A stretch of 64,000 nucleotides of DNA from Schmidtea polychroa. Its lineage: Eukaryota. The position numbers and the translations under genes were made by a program. Below the pieces are notes generated by a model. The model saw nothing but the letters and a program-made list of their open reading frames with translations, made no database searches and was not told the DNA's origin. The stretch's first letter is position 1. Each line of letters starts with the position of its first letter. This document shows positions 50,874 through 62,911 of the stretch, piece by piece. Location of the stretch: positions 186,434,001 through 186,498,000 of the forward strand of contig CM097885.1 of the NCBI GenBank assembly GCA_044892525.1. Reading direction: 5' to 3'.

Positions 50874-51724
50874 CATTTCGAACTATAACTATTGACAAAA
50901 TTTTCACTGTTTTATTATCTTCTGATGAAACCGGTCACCTTAAGTGGCCACTGCTTGCTTATATTTGTCATTTTCTCTGTTTAATTAAAGTATTTTTTTG
51001 TTGTTAATTTGATTTTATGTTTGTGTAGATTTTGATTGAGAAATTATGGGTTATACCGAAAGAAGGTATGATTCAAATGTATGATATTATGTGAATTGCG
51101 GGACGCAATTTTAACGGGCCCCGGAGTGATTTGTTGGGCTAAACTTCGAGAGTGTCGAAAATCGGGCTAAGAACGAATAAATAGGATAAAAAAAATTTTC
51201 AATAAAATCACGAGAAATATAAAAATAACTAAAGCAGATAACAATAAAAGAAATAAGAATATAAAAGAAATAAAAATAACTAATAAAACAATAGAATGCA
51301 TAAGGCGAAATAAGGTGAAATTACCCAACACACATGGTAGGAAAAGGAAAAAACATAAAATAACAAAAAACGTAAGAAATAAACGAGAAATTTAAGAAAA
51401 TAAAATAGAAATCCTCAAATAAATGTATAGGCGAATTAAAACAAAAATTGTATTACGATAAAATGACAATAAACGCGCAGGAAAAACGGGAGGAAAATAA
51501 TAAAAAAAAAAGAAGGAGATAAAAACCTTGAAAAGAGAAATAAGACACTTGACAGACAAGGTCCAGGAGAAAGATAGACAACTAGAAATGTTGCCGGAAC
51601 TCCGACATAGAGTCATTAAAGCGGAGTCTAAATTAATGCGAATCCGGGAGAAAAACCCTAAAAAGAAACGACAAAATTAAAACCGACAAAAAGCGATGTA
51701 TATAAATGTGTATAAAATTACTAA

Positions 51725-52399
51725 ATGTATATCAGTAGTATGAAAAACAAACCGATCATAATAATTCTGATGATGGCAATAATCCTTGATCTGACAAGGC
51801 GACAACCCGTAAAGCCCGAAATTGAACATATTCGAGACAGCAGAAAATCCCACCAAAAGACCGAACCAACAGCCAAATCATGCATCTATCCAAGTATCAT
51901 AAAAACCCGTCTTACCGACAATATTCGAGCCACCCGAACGTACGTCAACAATATCAGATTAATGTGTAATAACCACCCCATGTGCAAAATCATTGATAAA
52001 AGAATCCTGGACCAAATTCACCAACTCGATCAGCTAGAACAACAGGTCCAACATCAAGAAATACAAAACCCAGTCGAACCAGTAGAAATCGCCAAAGAAA
52101 TAAATGACCACCATGAACTCCTCTACGTGGTAATCGTCGAAACCACCGTAATCATGGTAATCATCCTCCTAAAAATCCATAATATCTACCAAGTTTGGAA
52201 GAAAAGTCACCCCGTACCGGAAAGATCGTCTCGAAGATCCCAAGAAGCTAATATGGCTGACGTAATCCAAGAAAATCTCCGACAACGAACCTCCATCGCA
52301 GAAACAGTCAGACCGTCCACAAGTCGCCGAATATACTACAACATCGAAACCCAACAACCAAATCACCCATCATCAACGGCAACTGAACAACAAACATAA
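51725..52399 (+). CDS. Array ORF, full length (unit 2, allele A)
   Basis: Identical 224 aa protein; CAA at 52241. Confidence 0.5.
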   Translation: MYISSMKNKPIIIILMMAIILDLTRRQPVKPEIEHIRDSRKSHQKTEPTAKSCIYPSIIKTRLTDNIRATRTYVNNIRLMCNNHPMCKIIDKRILDQIHQLDQLEQQVQHQEIQNPVEPVEIAKEINDHHELLYVVIVETTVIMVIILLKIHNIYQVWKKSHPVPERSSRRSQEANMADVIQENLRQRTSIAETVRPSTSRRIYYNIETQQPNHPSSTATEQQT

Positions 52400-53248
52400 C
52401 ATTTCGAACTATAACTATTGACAAAATTTTCACTGTTTTATTATCTTCTGATGAAACCGGTCACCTTAAGTGGCCACTGCTTGCTTATATTTGTCATTTT
52501 CTCTGTTTAATTAAAGTATTTTTTGTTGTTAATTTGATTTTATGTTTGTGTAGATTTTGATTGAGAAATTATGGGTTATACCGAAAGAAGGTATGATCCA
52601 AATGTATGATATTATGTGAATTGCGGGACGCAATTTTAACGGGCCCCGGAGTGATTTGTTGGGCTAAACTTCGAGAGTGTCGAAAATCGGGCTAAGAACG
52701 AATAAATAGGATAAAACAAATTTTCAATAAAATCACGAGAAATATAAAAATAACTAAAGCAGATAACAATAAAAGAAATAAGAATATAAAAGAAATAAAA
52801 ATAACTAATAAAACAATAGAATGCATAAGGCGAAATAAGGTGAAATTACCCAACACACATGGTAGGAAAAGGAAAAAACATAAAATAACAAAAAACGTAA
52901 GAAATAAACGAGAAATTTAAGAAAATAAAATAGAAATCCTCAAATAAATGTATAGGCGAATTAAAACAAAAATTGTATTACGATAAAATGACAATAAACG
53001 CGCAGGAAAAACGGGAGGAAAATAATAAAAAAAAAGAAGGAGATAAAAACCTTGAAAAGAGAATTAAGACACTTGACAGACAAGGTCCAGGAGAAAGATA
53101 GACAACTAGAAATGTTGCCGGAACTCCGACATAGAGTCATTAAAGCGGAGTCTAAATTAATGCGAATCCGGGAGAAAAACCCTAAAAAGAAACGACAAAA
53201 TTAAAACCGACAAAAAGCGATGTATATAAATGTGTATAAAATTACTAA

Positions 53249-53767
53249 ATGTATATCAGTAGTATGAAAAACAAACCGATCATAATAATTCTGATGATGG
53301 CAATAATCCTTGATCTGACAAGGCGACAACCCGTAAAGCCCGAAATTGAACATATTCGAGACAGCAGAAAATCCCACCAAAAGACCGAACCAACAGCCAA
53401 ATCATGCATCTATCCAAGTATCATAAAAACCCGTCTTACCGACAATATTCGAGCCACCCGAACGTACGTCAACAATATCAGATTAATGTGTAATAACCAC
53501 CCCATGTGCAAAATCATTGATAAAAGAATCCTGGACCAAATTCACCAACTCGATCAGCTAGAACAACAGGTCCAACATCAAGAAATACAAAACCCAGTCG
53601 AACCAGTAGAAATCGCCAAAGAAATAAATGACCACCATGAACTCCTCTACGTGGTAATCGTCGAAACCACCGTAATCATGGTAATCATCCTCCTAAAAAT
53701 CCATAATATCTACCAAGTTTGGAAGAAAAGTCACCCCGTACCGGAAAGATCGTCTCGAAGATCCTAA
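53249..53767 (+). CDS. Array ORF, tail-truncated 172 aa (unit 3, allele B)
   Basis: CAA>TAA at 53765. Confidence 0.45.
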   Translation: MYISSMKNKPIIIILMMAIILDLTRRQPVKPEIEHIRDSRKSHQKTEPTAKSCIYPSIIKTRLTDNIRATRTYVNNIRLMCNNHPMCKIIDKRILDQIHQLDQLEQQVQHQEIQNPVEPVEIAKEINDHHELLYVVIVETTVIMVIILLKIHNIYQVWKKSHPVPERSSRRS

Positions 53768-54772
53768 GAAGCTAATATGGCTGACGTAATCCAAGAAAAT
53801 CTCCGACAACGAACCTCCATCGCAGAAACAGTCAGACCGTCCACAAGTCGCCGAATATACTACAACATCGAAACCCAACAACCAAATCACCCATCATCAA
53901 CGGCAACTGAACAACAAACATAACATTTCGAACTATAACTATTGACAAAATTTTCACTGTTTTATTATCTTCTGATGAAACCGGTCACCTTAAGTGGCCA
54001 CTGCTTGCTTATATTTGTCATTTTCTCTGTTTAATTAAAGTATTTTTTGTTGTTAATTTGATTTTATGTTTGTGTAGATTTTGATTGAGAAATTATAGGT
54101 TATACCGAAAGAAGGTATGATCCAAATGTATGATATTATGTGAATTGCGGGACGCAATTTTAACGGGCCCCGGAGTGATTTGTTGGGCTAAACTTCGAGA
54201 GTGTCGAAAATCGGGCTAAGAACGAATAAATAGGATAAAACAAATTTTCAATAAAATCACGAGAAATATAAAAATAACTAAAGCAGATAACAATAAAAGA
54301 AATAAGAATATAAAAGAAATAAAAATAACTAATAAAACAATAGAATGCATAAGGCGAAATAAGGTGAAATTACCCAACACACATGGTAGGAAAAGGAAAA
54401 AACATAAAATAACAAAAAACGTAAGAAATAAACGAGAAATTTAAGAAAATAAAATAGAAATCCTCAAATAAATGTATAGGCGAATTAAAACAAAAATTGT
54501 ATTACGATAAAATGACAATAAACGCGCAGGAAAAACGGGAGGAAAATAATAAAAAAAAAGAAGGAGATAAAAACCTTGAAAAGAGAAATAAGACACTTGA
54601 CAGACAAGGTCCAGGAGAAAGATAGACAACTAGAAATGTTGCCGGAACTCCGACATAGAGTCATTAAAGCGGAGTCTAAATTAATGCGAATCCGGGAGAA
54701 AAACCCTAAAAAGAAACGACAAAATTAAAACCGACAAAAAGCGATGTATATAAATGTGTATAAAATTACTAA

Positions 54773-55447
54773 ATGTATATCAGTAGTATGAAAAACAAAC
54801 CGATCATAATAATTCTGATGATGGCAATAATCCTTGATCTGACAAGGCGACAACCCGTAAAGCCCGAAATTGAACATATTCGAGACAGCAGAAAATCCCA
54901 CCAAAAGACCGAACCAACAGCCAAATCATGCATCTATCCAAGTATCATAAAAACCCGTCTTACCGACAATATTCGAGCCACCCGAACGTACGTCAACAAT
55001 ATCAGATTAATGTGTAATAACCACCCCATGTGCAAAATCATTGATAAAAGAATCCTGGACCAAATTCACCAACTCGATCAGCTAGAACAACAGGTCCAAC
55101 ATCAAGAAATACAAAACCCAGTCGAACCAGTAGAAATCGCCAAAGAAATAAATGACCACCATGAACTCCTCTACGTGGTAATCGTCGAAACCACCGTAAT
55201 CATGGTAATCATCCTCCTAAAAATCCATAATATCTACCAAGTTTGGAAGAAAAGTCACCCCGTACCGGAAAGATCGTCTCGAAGATCCCAAGAAGCTAAT
55301 ATGGCTGACGTAATCCAAGAAAATCTCCGACAACGAACCTCCATCGCAGAAACAGTCAGACCGTCCACAAGTCGCCGAATATACTACAACATCGAAACCC
55401 AACAACCAAATCACCCATCATCAACGGCAACTGAACAACAAACATAA
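54773..55447 (+). CDS. Array ORF, full length (unit 4, allele A)
   Basis: Identical 224 aa protein. Confidence 0.5.
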   Translation: MYISSMKNKPIIIILMMAIILDLTRRQPVKPEIEHIRDSRKSHQKTEPTAKSCIYPSIIKTRLTDNIRATRTYVNNIRLMCNNHPMCKIIDKRILDQIHQLDQLEQQVQHQEIQNPVEPVEIAKEINDHHELLYVVIVETTVIMVIILLKIHNIYQVWKKSHPVPERSSRRSQEANMADVIQENLRQRTSIAETVRPSTSRRIYYNIETQQPNHPSSTATEQQT

Positions 55448-56296
55448 CATTTCGAACTATAACTATTGACAAAATTTTCACTGTTTTATTATCTTCTGAT
55501 GAAACCGGTCACCTTAAGTGGCCACTGCTTGCTTATATTTGTCATTTTCTCTGTTTAATTAAAGTATTTTTTGTTGTTAATTTGATTTTATGTTTGTGTA
55601 GATTTTGATTGAGAAATTATGGGTTATACCGAAAGAAGGTATGATCCAAATGTATGATATTATGTGAATTGCGGGACGCAATTTTAACGGGCCCCGGAGT
55701 GATTTGTTGGGCTAAACTTCGAGAGTGTCGAAAATCGGGCTAAGAACGAATAAATAGGATAAAACAAATTTTCAATAAAATCACGAGAAATATAAAAATA
55801 ACTAAAGCAGATAACAATAAAAGAAATAAGAATATAAAAGAAATAAAAATAACTAATAAAACAATAGAATGCATAAGGCGAAATAAGGTGAAATTACCCA
55901 ACACACATGGTAGGAAAAGGAAAAAACATAAAATAACAAAAAACGTAAGAAATAAACGAGAAATTTAAGAAAATAAAATAGAAATCCTCAAATAAATGTA
56001 TAGGCGAATTAAAACAAAAATTGTATTACGATAAAATGACAATAAACGCGCAGGAAAAACGGGAGGAAAATAATAAAAAAAAAGAAGGAGATAAAAACCT
56101 TGAAAAGAGAATTAAGACACTTGACAGACAAGGTCCAGGAGAAAGATAGACAACTAGAAATGTTGCCGGAACTCCGACATAGAGTCATTAAAGCGGAGTC
56201 TAAATTAATGCGAATCCGGGAGAAAAACCCTAAAAAGAAACGACAAAATTAAAACCGACAAAAAGCGATGTATATAAATGTGTATAAAATTACTAA

Positions 56297-56815
56297 ATGT
56301 ATATCAGTAGTATGAAAAACAAACCGATCATAATAATTCTGATGATGGCAATAATCCTTGATCTGACAAGGCGACAACCCGTAAAGCCCGAAATTGAACA
56401 TATTCGAGACAGCAGAAAATCCCACCAAAAGACCGAACCAACAGCCAAATCATGCATCTATCCAAGTATCATAAAAACCCGTCTTACCGACAATATTCGA
56501 GCCACCCGAACGTACGTCAACAATATCAGATTAATGTGTAATAACCACCCCATGTGCAAAATCATTGATAAAAGAATCCTGGACCAAATTCACCAACTCG
56601 ATCAGCTAGAACAACAGGTCCAACATCAAGAAATACAAAACCCAGTCGAACCAGTAGAAATCGCCAAAGAAATAAATGACCACCATGAACTCCTCTACGT
56701 GGTAATCGTCGAAACCACCGTAATCATGGTAATCATCCTCCTAAAAATCCATAATATCTACCAAGTTTGGAAGAAAAGTCACCCCGTACCGGAAAGATCG
56801 TCTCGAAGATCCTAA
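56297..56815 (+). CDS. Array ORF, truncated (unit 5, allele B)
   Basis: Same TAA as unit 3. Confidence 0.45.
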   Translation: MYISSMKNKPIIIILMMAIILDLTRRQPVKPEIEHIRDSRKSHQKTEPTAKSCIYPSIIKTRLTDNIRATRTYVNNIRLMCNNHPMCKIIDKRILDQIHQLDQLEQQVQHQEIQNPVEPVEIAKEINDHHELLYVVIVETTVIMVIILLKIHNIYQVWKKSHPVPERSSRRS

Positions 56816-57820
56816 GAAGCTAATATGGCTGACGTAATCCAAGAAAATCTCCGACAACGAACCTCCATCGCAGAAACAGTCAGACCGTCCACAAGTCGCC
56901 GAATATACTACAACATCGAAACCCAACAACCAAATCACCCATCATCAACGGCAACTGAACAACAAACATAACATTTCGAACTATAACTATTGACAAAATT
57001 TTCACTGTTTTATTATCTTCTGATGAAACCGGTCACCTTAAGTGGCCACTGCTTGCTTATATTTGTCATTTTCTCTGTTTAATTAAAGTATTTTTTGTTG
57101 TTAATTTGATTTTATGTTTGTGTAGATTTTGATTGAGAAATTATAGGTTATACCGAAAGAAGGTATGATCCAAATGTATGATATTATGTGAATTGCGGGA
57201 CGCAATTTTAACGGGCCCCGGAGTGATTTGTTGGGCTAAACTTCGAGAGTGTCGAAAATCGGGCTAAGAACGAATAAATAGGATAAAACAAATTTTCAAT
57301 AAAATCACGAGAAATATAAAAATAACTAAAGCAGATAACAATAAAAGAAATAAGAATATAAAAGAAATAAAAATAACTAATAAAACAATAGAATGCATAA
57401 GGCGAAATAAGGTGAAATTACCCAACACACATGGTAGGAAAAGGAAAAAACATAAAATAACAAAAAACGTAAGAAATAAACGAGAAATTTAAGAAAATAA
57501 AATAGAAATCCTCAAATAAATGTATAGGCGAATTAAAACAAAAATTGTATTACGATAAAATGACAATAAACGCGCAGGAAAAACGGGAGGAAAATAATAA
57601 AAAAAAAGAAGGAGATAAAAACCTTGAAAAGAGAAATAAGACACTTGACAGACAAGGTCCAGGAGAAAGATAGACAACTAGAAATGTTGCCGGAACTCCG
57701 ACATAGAGTCATTAAAGCGGAGTCTAAATTAATGCGAATCCGGGAGAAAAACCCTAAAAAGAAACGACAAAATTAAAACCGACAAAAAGCGATGTATATA
57801 AATGTGTATAAAATTACTAA

Positions 57821-58495
57821 ATGTATATCAGTAGTATGAAAAACAAACCGATCATAATAATTCTGATGATGGCAATAATCCTTGATCTGACAAGGCGACA
57901 ACCCGTAAAGCCCGAAATTGAACATATTCGAGACAGCAGAAAATCCCACCAAAAGACCGAACCAACAGCCAAATCATGCATCTATCCAAGTATCATAAAA
58001 ACCCGTCTTACCGACAATATTCGAGCCACCCGAACGTACGTCAACAATATCAGATTAATGTGTAATAACCACCCCATGTGCAAAATCATTGATAAAAGAA
58101 TCCTGGACCAAATTCACCAACTCGATCAGCTAGAACAACAGGTCCAACATCAAGAAATACAAAACCCAGTCGAACCAGTAGAAATCGCCAAAGAAATAAA
58201 TGACCACCATGAACTCCTCTACGTGGTAATCGTCGAAACCACCGTAATCATGGTAATCATCCTCCTAAAAATCCATAATATCTACCAAGTTTGGAAGAAA
58301 AGTCACCCCGTACCGGAAAGATCGTCTCGAAGATCCCAAGAAGCTAATATGGCTGACGTAATCCAAGAAAATCTCCGACAACGAACCTCCATCGCAGAAA
58401 CAGTCAGACCGTCCACAAGTCGCCGAATATACTACAACATCGAAACCCAACAACCAAATCACCCATCATCAACGGCAACTGAACAACAAACATAA
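57821..58495 (+). CDS. Array ORF, full length (unit 6, allele A)
   Basis: Identical 224 aa protein. Confidence 0.5.
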   Translation: MYISSMKNKPIIIILMMAIILDLTRRQPVKPEIEHIRDSRKSHQKTEPTAKSCIYPSIIKTRLTDNIRATRTYVNNIRLMCNNHPMCKIIDKRILDQIHQLDQLEQQVQHQEIQNPVEPVEIAKEINDHHELLYVVIVETTVIMVIILLKIHNIYQVWKKSHPVPERSSRRSQEANMADVIQENLRQRTSIAETVRPSTSRRIYYNIETQQPNHPSSTATEQQT

Positions 58496-59344
58496 CATTT
58501 CGAACTATAACTATTGACAAAATTTTCACTGTTTTATTATCTTCTGATGAAACCGGTCACCTTAAGTGGCCACTGCTTGCTTATATTTGTCATTTTCTCT
58601 GTTTAATTAAAGTATTTTTTGTTGTTAATTTGATTTTATGTTTGTGTAGATTTTGATTGAGAAATTATGGGTTATACCGAAAGAAGGTATGATCCAAATG
58701 TATGATATTATGTGAATTGCGGGACGCAATTTTAACGGGCCCCGGAGTGATTTGTTGGGCTAAACTTCGAGAGTGTCGAAAATCGGGCTAAGAACGAATA
58801 AATAGGATAAAACAAATTTTCAATAAAATCACGAGAAATATAAAAATAACTAAAGCAGATAACAATAAAAGAAATAAGAATATAAAAGAAATAAAAATAA
58901 CTAATAAAACAATAGAATGCATAAGGCGAAATAAGGTGAAATTACCCAACACACATGGTAGGAAAAGGAAAAAACATAAAATAACAAAAAACGTAAGAAA
59001 TAAACGAGAAATTTAAGAAAATAAAATAGAAATCCTCAAATAAATGTATAGGCGAATTAAAACAAAAATTGTATTACGATAAAATGACAATAAACGCGCA
59101 GGAAAAACGGGAGGAAAATAATAAAAAAAAAGAAGGAGATAAAAACCTTGAAAAGAGAATTAAGACACTTGACAGACAAGGTCCAGGAGAAAGATAGACA
59201 ACTAGAAATGTTGCCGGAACTCCGACATAGAGTCATTAAAGCGGAGTCTAAATTAATGCGAATCCGGGAGAAAAACCCTAAAAAGAAACGACAAAATTAA
59301 AACCGACAAAAAGCGATGTATATAAATGTGTATAAAATTACTAA

Positions 59345-59863
59345 ATGTATATCAGTAGTATGAAAAACAAACCGATCATAATAATTCTGATGATGGCAAT
59401 AATCCTTGATCTGACAAGGCGACAACCCGTAAAGCCCGAAATTGAACATATTCGAGACAGCAGAAAATCCCACCAAAAGACCGAACCAACAGCCAAATCA
59501 TGCATCTATCCAAGTATCATAAAAACCCGTCTTACCGACAATATTCGAGCCACCCGAACGTACGTCAACAATATCAGATTAATGTGTAATAACCACCCCA
59601 TGTGCAAAATCATTGATAAAAGAATCCTGGACCAAATTCACCAACTCGATCAGCTAGAACAACAGGTCCAACATCAAGAAATACAAAACCCAGTCGAACC
59701 AGTAGAAATCGCCAAAGAAATAAATGACCACCATGAACTCCTCTACGTGGTAATCGTCGAAACCACCGTAATCATGGTAATCATCCTCCTAAAAATCCAT
59801 AATATCTACCAAGTTTGGAAGAAAAGTCACCCCGTACCGGAAAGATCGTCTCGAAGATCCTAA
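59345..59863 (+). CDS. Array ORF, truncated (unit 7, allele B)
   Basis: Same TAA as unit 3. Confidence 0.45.
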   Translation: MYISSMKNKPIIIILMMAIILDLTRRQPVKPEIEHIRDSRKSHQKTEPTAKSCIYPSIIKTRLTDNIRATRTYVNNIRLMCNNHPMCKIIDKRILDQIHQLDQLEQQVQHQEIQNPVEPVEIAKEINDHHELLYVVIVETTVIMVIILLKIHNIYQVWKKSHPVPERSSRRS

Positions 59864-60868
59864 GAAGCTAATATGGCTGACGTAATCCAAGAAAATCTCC
59901 GACAACGAACCTCCATCGCAGAAACAGTCAGACCGTCCACAAGTCGCCGAATATACTACAACATCGAAACCCAACAACCAAATCACCCATCATCAACGGC
60001 AACTGAACAACAAACATAACATTTCGAACTATAACTATTGACAAAATTTTCACTGTTTTATTATCTTCTGATGAAACCGGTCACCTTAAGTGGCCACTGC
60101 TTGCTTATATTTGTCATTTTCTCTGTTTAATTAAAGTATTTTTTGTTGTTAATTTGATTTTATGTTTGTGTAGATTTTGATTGAGAAATTATAGGTTATA
60201 CCGAAAGAAGGTATGATCCAAATGTATGATATTATGTGAATTGCGGGACGCAATTTTAACGGGCCCCGGAGTGATTTGTTGGGCTAAACTTCGAGAGTGT
60301 CGAAAATCGGGCTAAGAACGAATAAATAGGATAAAACAAATTTTCAATAAAATCACGAGAAATATAAAAATAACTAAAGCAGATAACAATAAAAGAAATA
60401 AGAATATAAAAGAAATAAAAATAACTAATAAAACAATAGAATGCATAAGGCGAAATAAGGTGAAATTACCCAACACACATGGTAGGAAAAGGAAAAAACA
60501 TAAAATAACAAAAAACGTAAGAAATAAACGAGAAATTTAAGAAAATAAAATAGAAATCCTCAAATAAATGTATAGGCGAATTAAAACAAAAATTGTATTA
60601 CGATAAAATGACAATAAACGCGCAGGAAAAACGGGAGGAAAATAATAAAAAAAAAGAAGGAGATAAAAACCTTGAAAAGAGAAATAAGACACTTGACAGA
60701 CAAGGTCCAGGAGAAAGATAGACAACTAGAAATGTTGCCGGAACTCCGACATAGAGTCATTAAAGCGGAGTCTAAATTAATGCGAATCCGGGAGAAAAAC
60801 CCTAAAAAGAAACGACAAAATTAAAACCGACAAAAAGCGATGTATATAAATGTGTATAAAATTACTAA

Positions 60869-61543
60869 ATGTATATCAGTAGTATGAAAAACAAACCGAT
60901 CATAATAATTCTGATGATGGCAATAATCCTTGATCTGACAAGGCGACAACCCGTAAAGCCCGAAATTGAACATATTCGAGACAGCAGAAAATCCCACCAA
61001 AAGACCGAACCAACAGCCAAATCATGCATCTATCCAAGTATCATAAAAACCCGTCTTACCGACAATATTCGAGCCACCCGAACGTACGTCAACAATATCA
61101 GATTAATGTGTAATAACCACCCCATGTGCAAAATCATTGATAAAAGAATCCTGGACCAAATTCACCAACTCGATCAGCTAGAACAACAGGTCCAACATCA
61201 AGAAATACAAAACCCAGTCGAACCAGTAGAAATCGCCAAAGAAATAAATGACCACCATGAACTCCTCTACGTGGTAATCGTCGAAACCACCGTAATCATG
61301 GTAATCATCCTCCTAAAAATCCATAATATCTACCAAGTTTGGAAGAAAAGTCACCCCGTACCGGAAAGATCGTCTCGAAGATCCCAAGAAGCTAATATGG
61401 CTGACGTAATCCAAGAAAATCTCCGACAACGAACCTCCATCGCAGAAACAGTCAGACCGTCCACAAGTCGCCGAATATACTACAACATCGAAACCCAACA
61501 ACCAAATCACCCATCATCAACGGCAACTGAACAACAAACATAA
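60869..61543 (+). CDS. Array ORF, full length (unit 8, allele A)
   Basis: Identical 224 aa protein. Confidence 0.5.
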   Translation: MYISSMKNKPIIIILMMAIILDLTRRQPVKPEIEHIRDSRKSHQKTEPTAKSCIYPSIIKTRLTDNIRATRTYVNNIRLMCNNHPMCKIIDKRILDQIHQLDQLEQQVQHQEIQNPVEPVEIAKEINDHHELLYVVIVETTVIMVIILLKIHNIYQVWKKSHPVPERSSRRSQEANMADVIQENLRQRTSIAETVRPSTSRRIYYNIETQQPNHPSSTATEQQT

Positions 61544-62392
61544 CATTTCGAACTATAACTATTGACAAAATTTTCACTGTTTTATTATCTTCTGATGAAA
61601 CCGGTCACCTTAAGTGGCCACTGCTTGCTTATATTTGTCATTTTCTCTGTTTAATTAAAGTATTTTTTGTTGTTAATTTGATTTTATGTTTGTGTAGATT
61701 TTGATTGAGAAATTATGGGTTATACCGAAAGAAGGTATGATCCAAATGTATGATATTATGTGAATTGCGGGACGCAATTTTAACGGGCCCCGGAGTGATT
61801 TGTTGGGCTAAACTTCGAGAGTGTCGAAAATCGGGCTAAGAACGAATAAATAGGATAAAACAAATTTTCAATAAAATCACGAGAAATATAAAAATAACTA
61901 AAGCAGATAACAATAAAAGAAATAAGAATATAAAAGAAATAAAAATAACTAATAAAACAATAGAATGCATAAGGCGAAATAAGGTGAAATTACCCAACAC
62001 ACATGGTAGGAAAAGGAAAAAACATAAAATAACAAAAAACGTAAGAAATAAACGAGAAATTTAAGAAAATAAAATAGAAATCCTCAAATAAATGTATAGG
62101 CGAATTAAAACAAAAATTGTATTACGATAAAATGACAATAAACGCGCAGGAAAAACGGGAGGAAAATAATAAAAAAAAAGAAGGAGATAAAAACCTTGAA
62201 AAGAGAATTAAGACACTTGACAGACAAGGTCCAGGAGAAAGATAGACAACTAGAAATGTTGCCGGAACTCCGACATAGAGTCATTAAAGCGGAGTCTAAA
62301 TTAATGCGAATCCGGGAGAAAAACCCTAAAAAGAAACGACAAAATTAAAACCGACAAAAAGCGATGTATATAAATGTGTATAAAATTACTAA

Positions 62393-62911
62393 ATGTATAT
62401 CAGTAGTATGAAAAACAAACCGATCATAATAATTCTGATGATGGCAATAATCCTTGATCTGACAAGGCGACAACCCGTAAAGCCCGAAATTGAACATATT
62501 CGAGACAGCAGAAAATCCCACCAAAAGACCGAACCAACAGCCAAATCATGCATCTATCCAAGTATCATAAAAACCCGTCTTACCGACAATATTCGAGCCA
62601 CCCGAACGTACGTCAACAATATCAGATTAATGTGTAATAACCACCCCATGTGCAAAATCATTGATAAAAGAATCCTGGACCAAATTCACCAACTCGATCA
62701 GCTAGAACAACAGGTCCAACATCAAGAAATACAAAACCCAGTCGAACCAGTAGAAATCGCCAAAGAAATAAATGACCACCATGAACTCCTCTACGTGGTA
62801 ATCGTCGAAACCACCGTAATCATGGTAATCATCCTCCTAAAAATCCATAATATCTACCAAGTTTGGAAGAAAAGTCACCCCGTACCGGAAAGATCGTCTC
62901 GAAGATCCTAA
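62393..62911 (+). CDS. Array ORF, truncated (unit 9, allele B)
   Basis: Same TAA as unit 3. Confidence 0.45.
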   Translation: MYISSMKNKPIIIILMMAIILDLTRRQPVKPEIEHIRDSRKSHQKTEPTAKSCIYPSIIKTRLTDNIRATRTYVNNIRLMCNNHPMCKIIDKRILDQIHQLDQLEQQVQHQEIQNPVEPVEIAKEINDHHELLYVVIVETTVIMVIILLKIHNIYQVWKKSHPVPERSSRRS

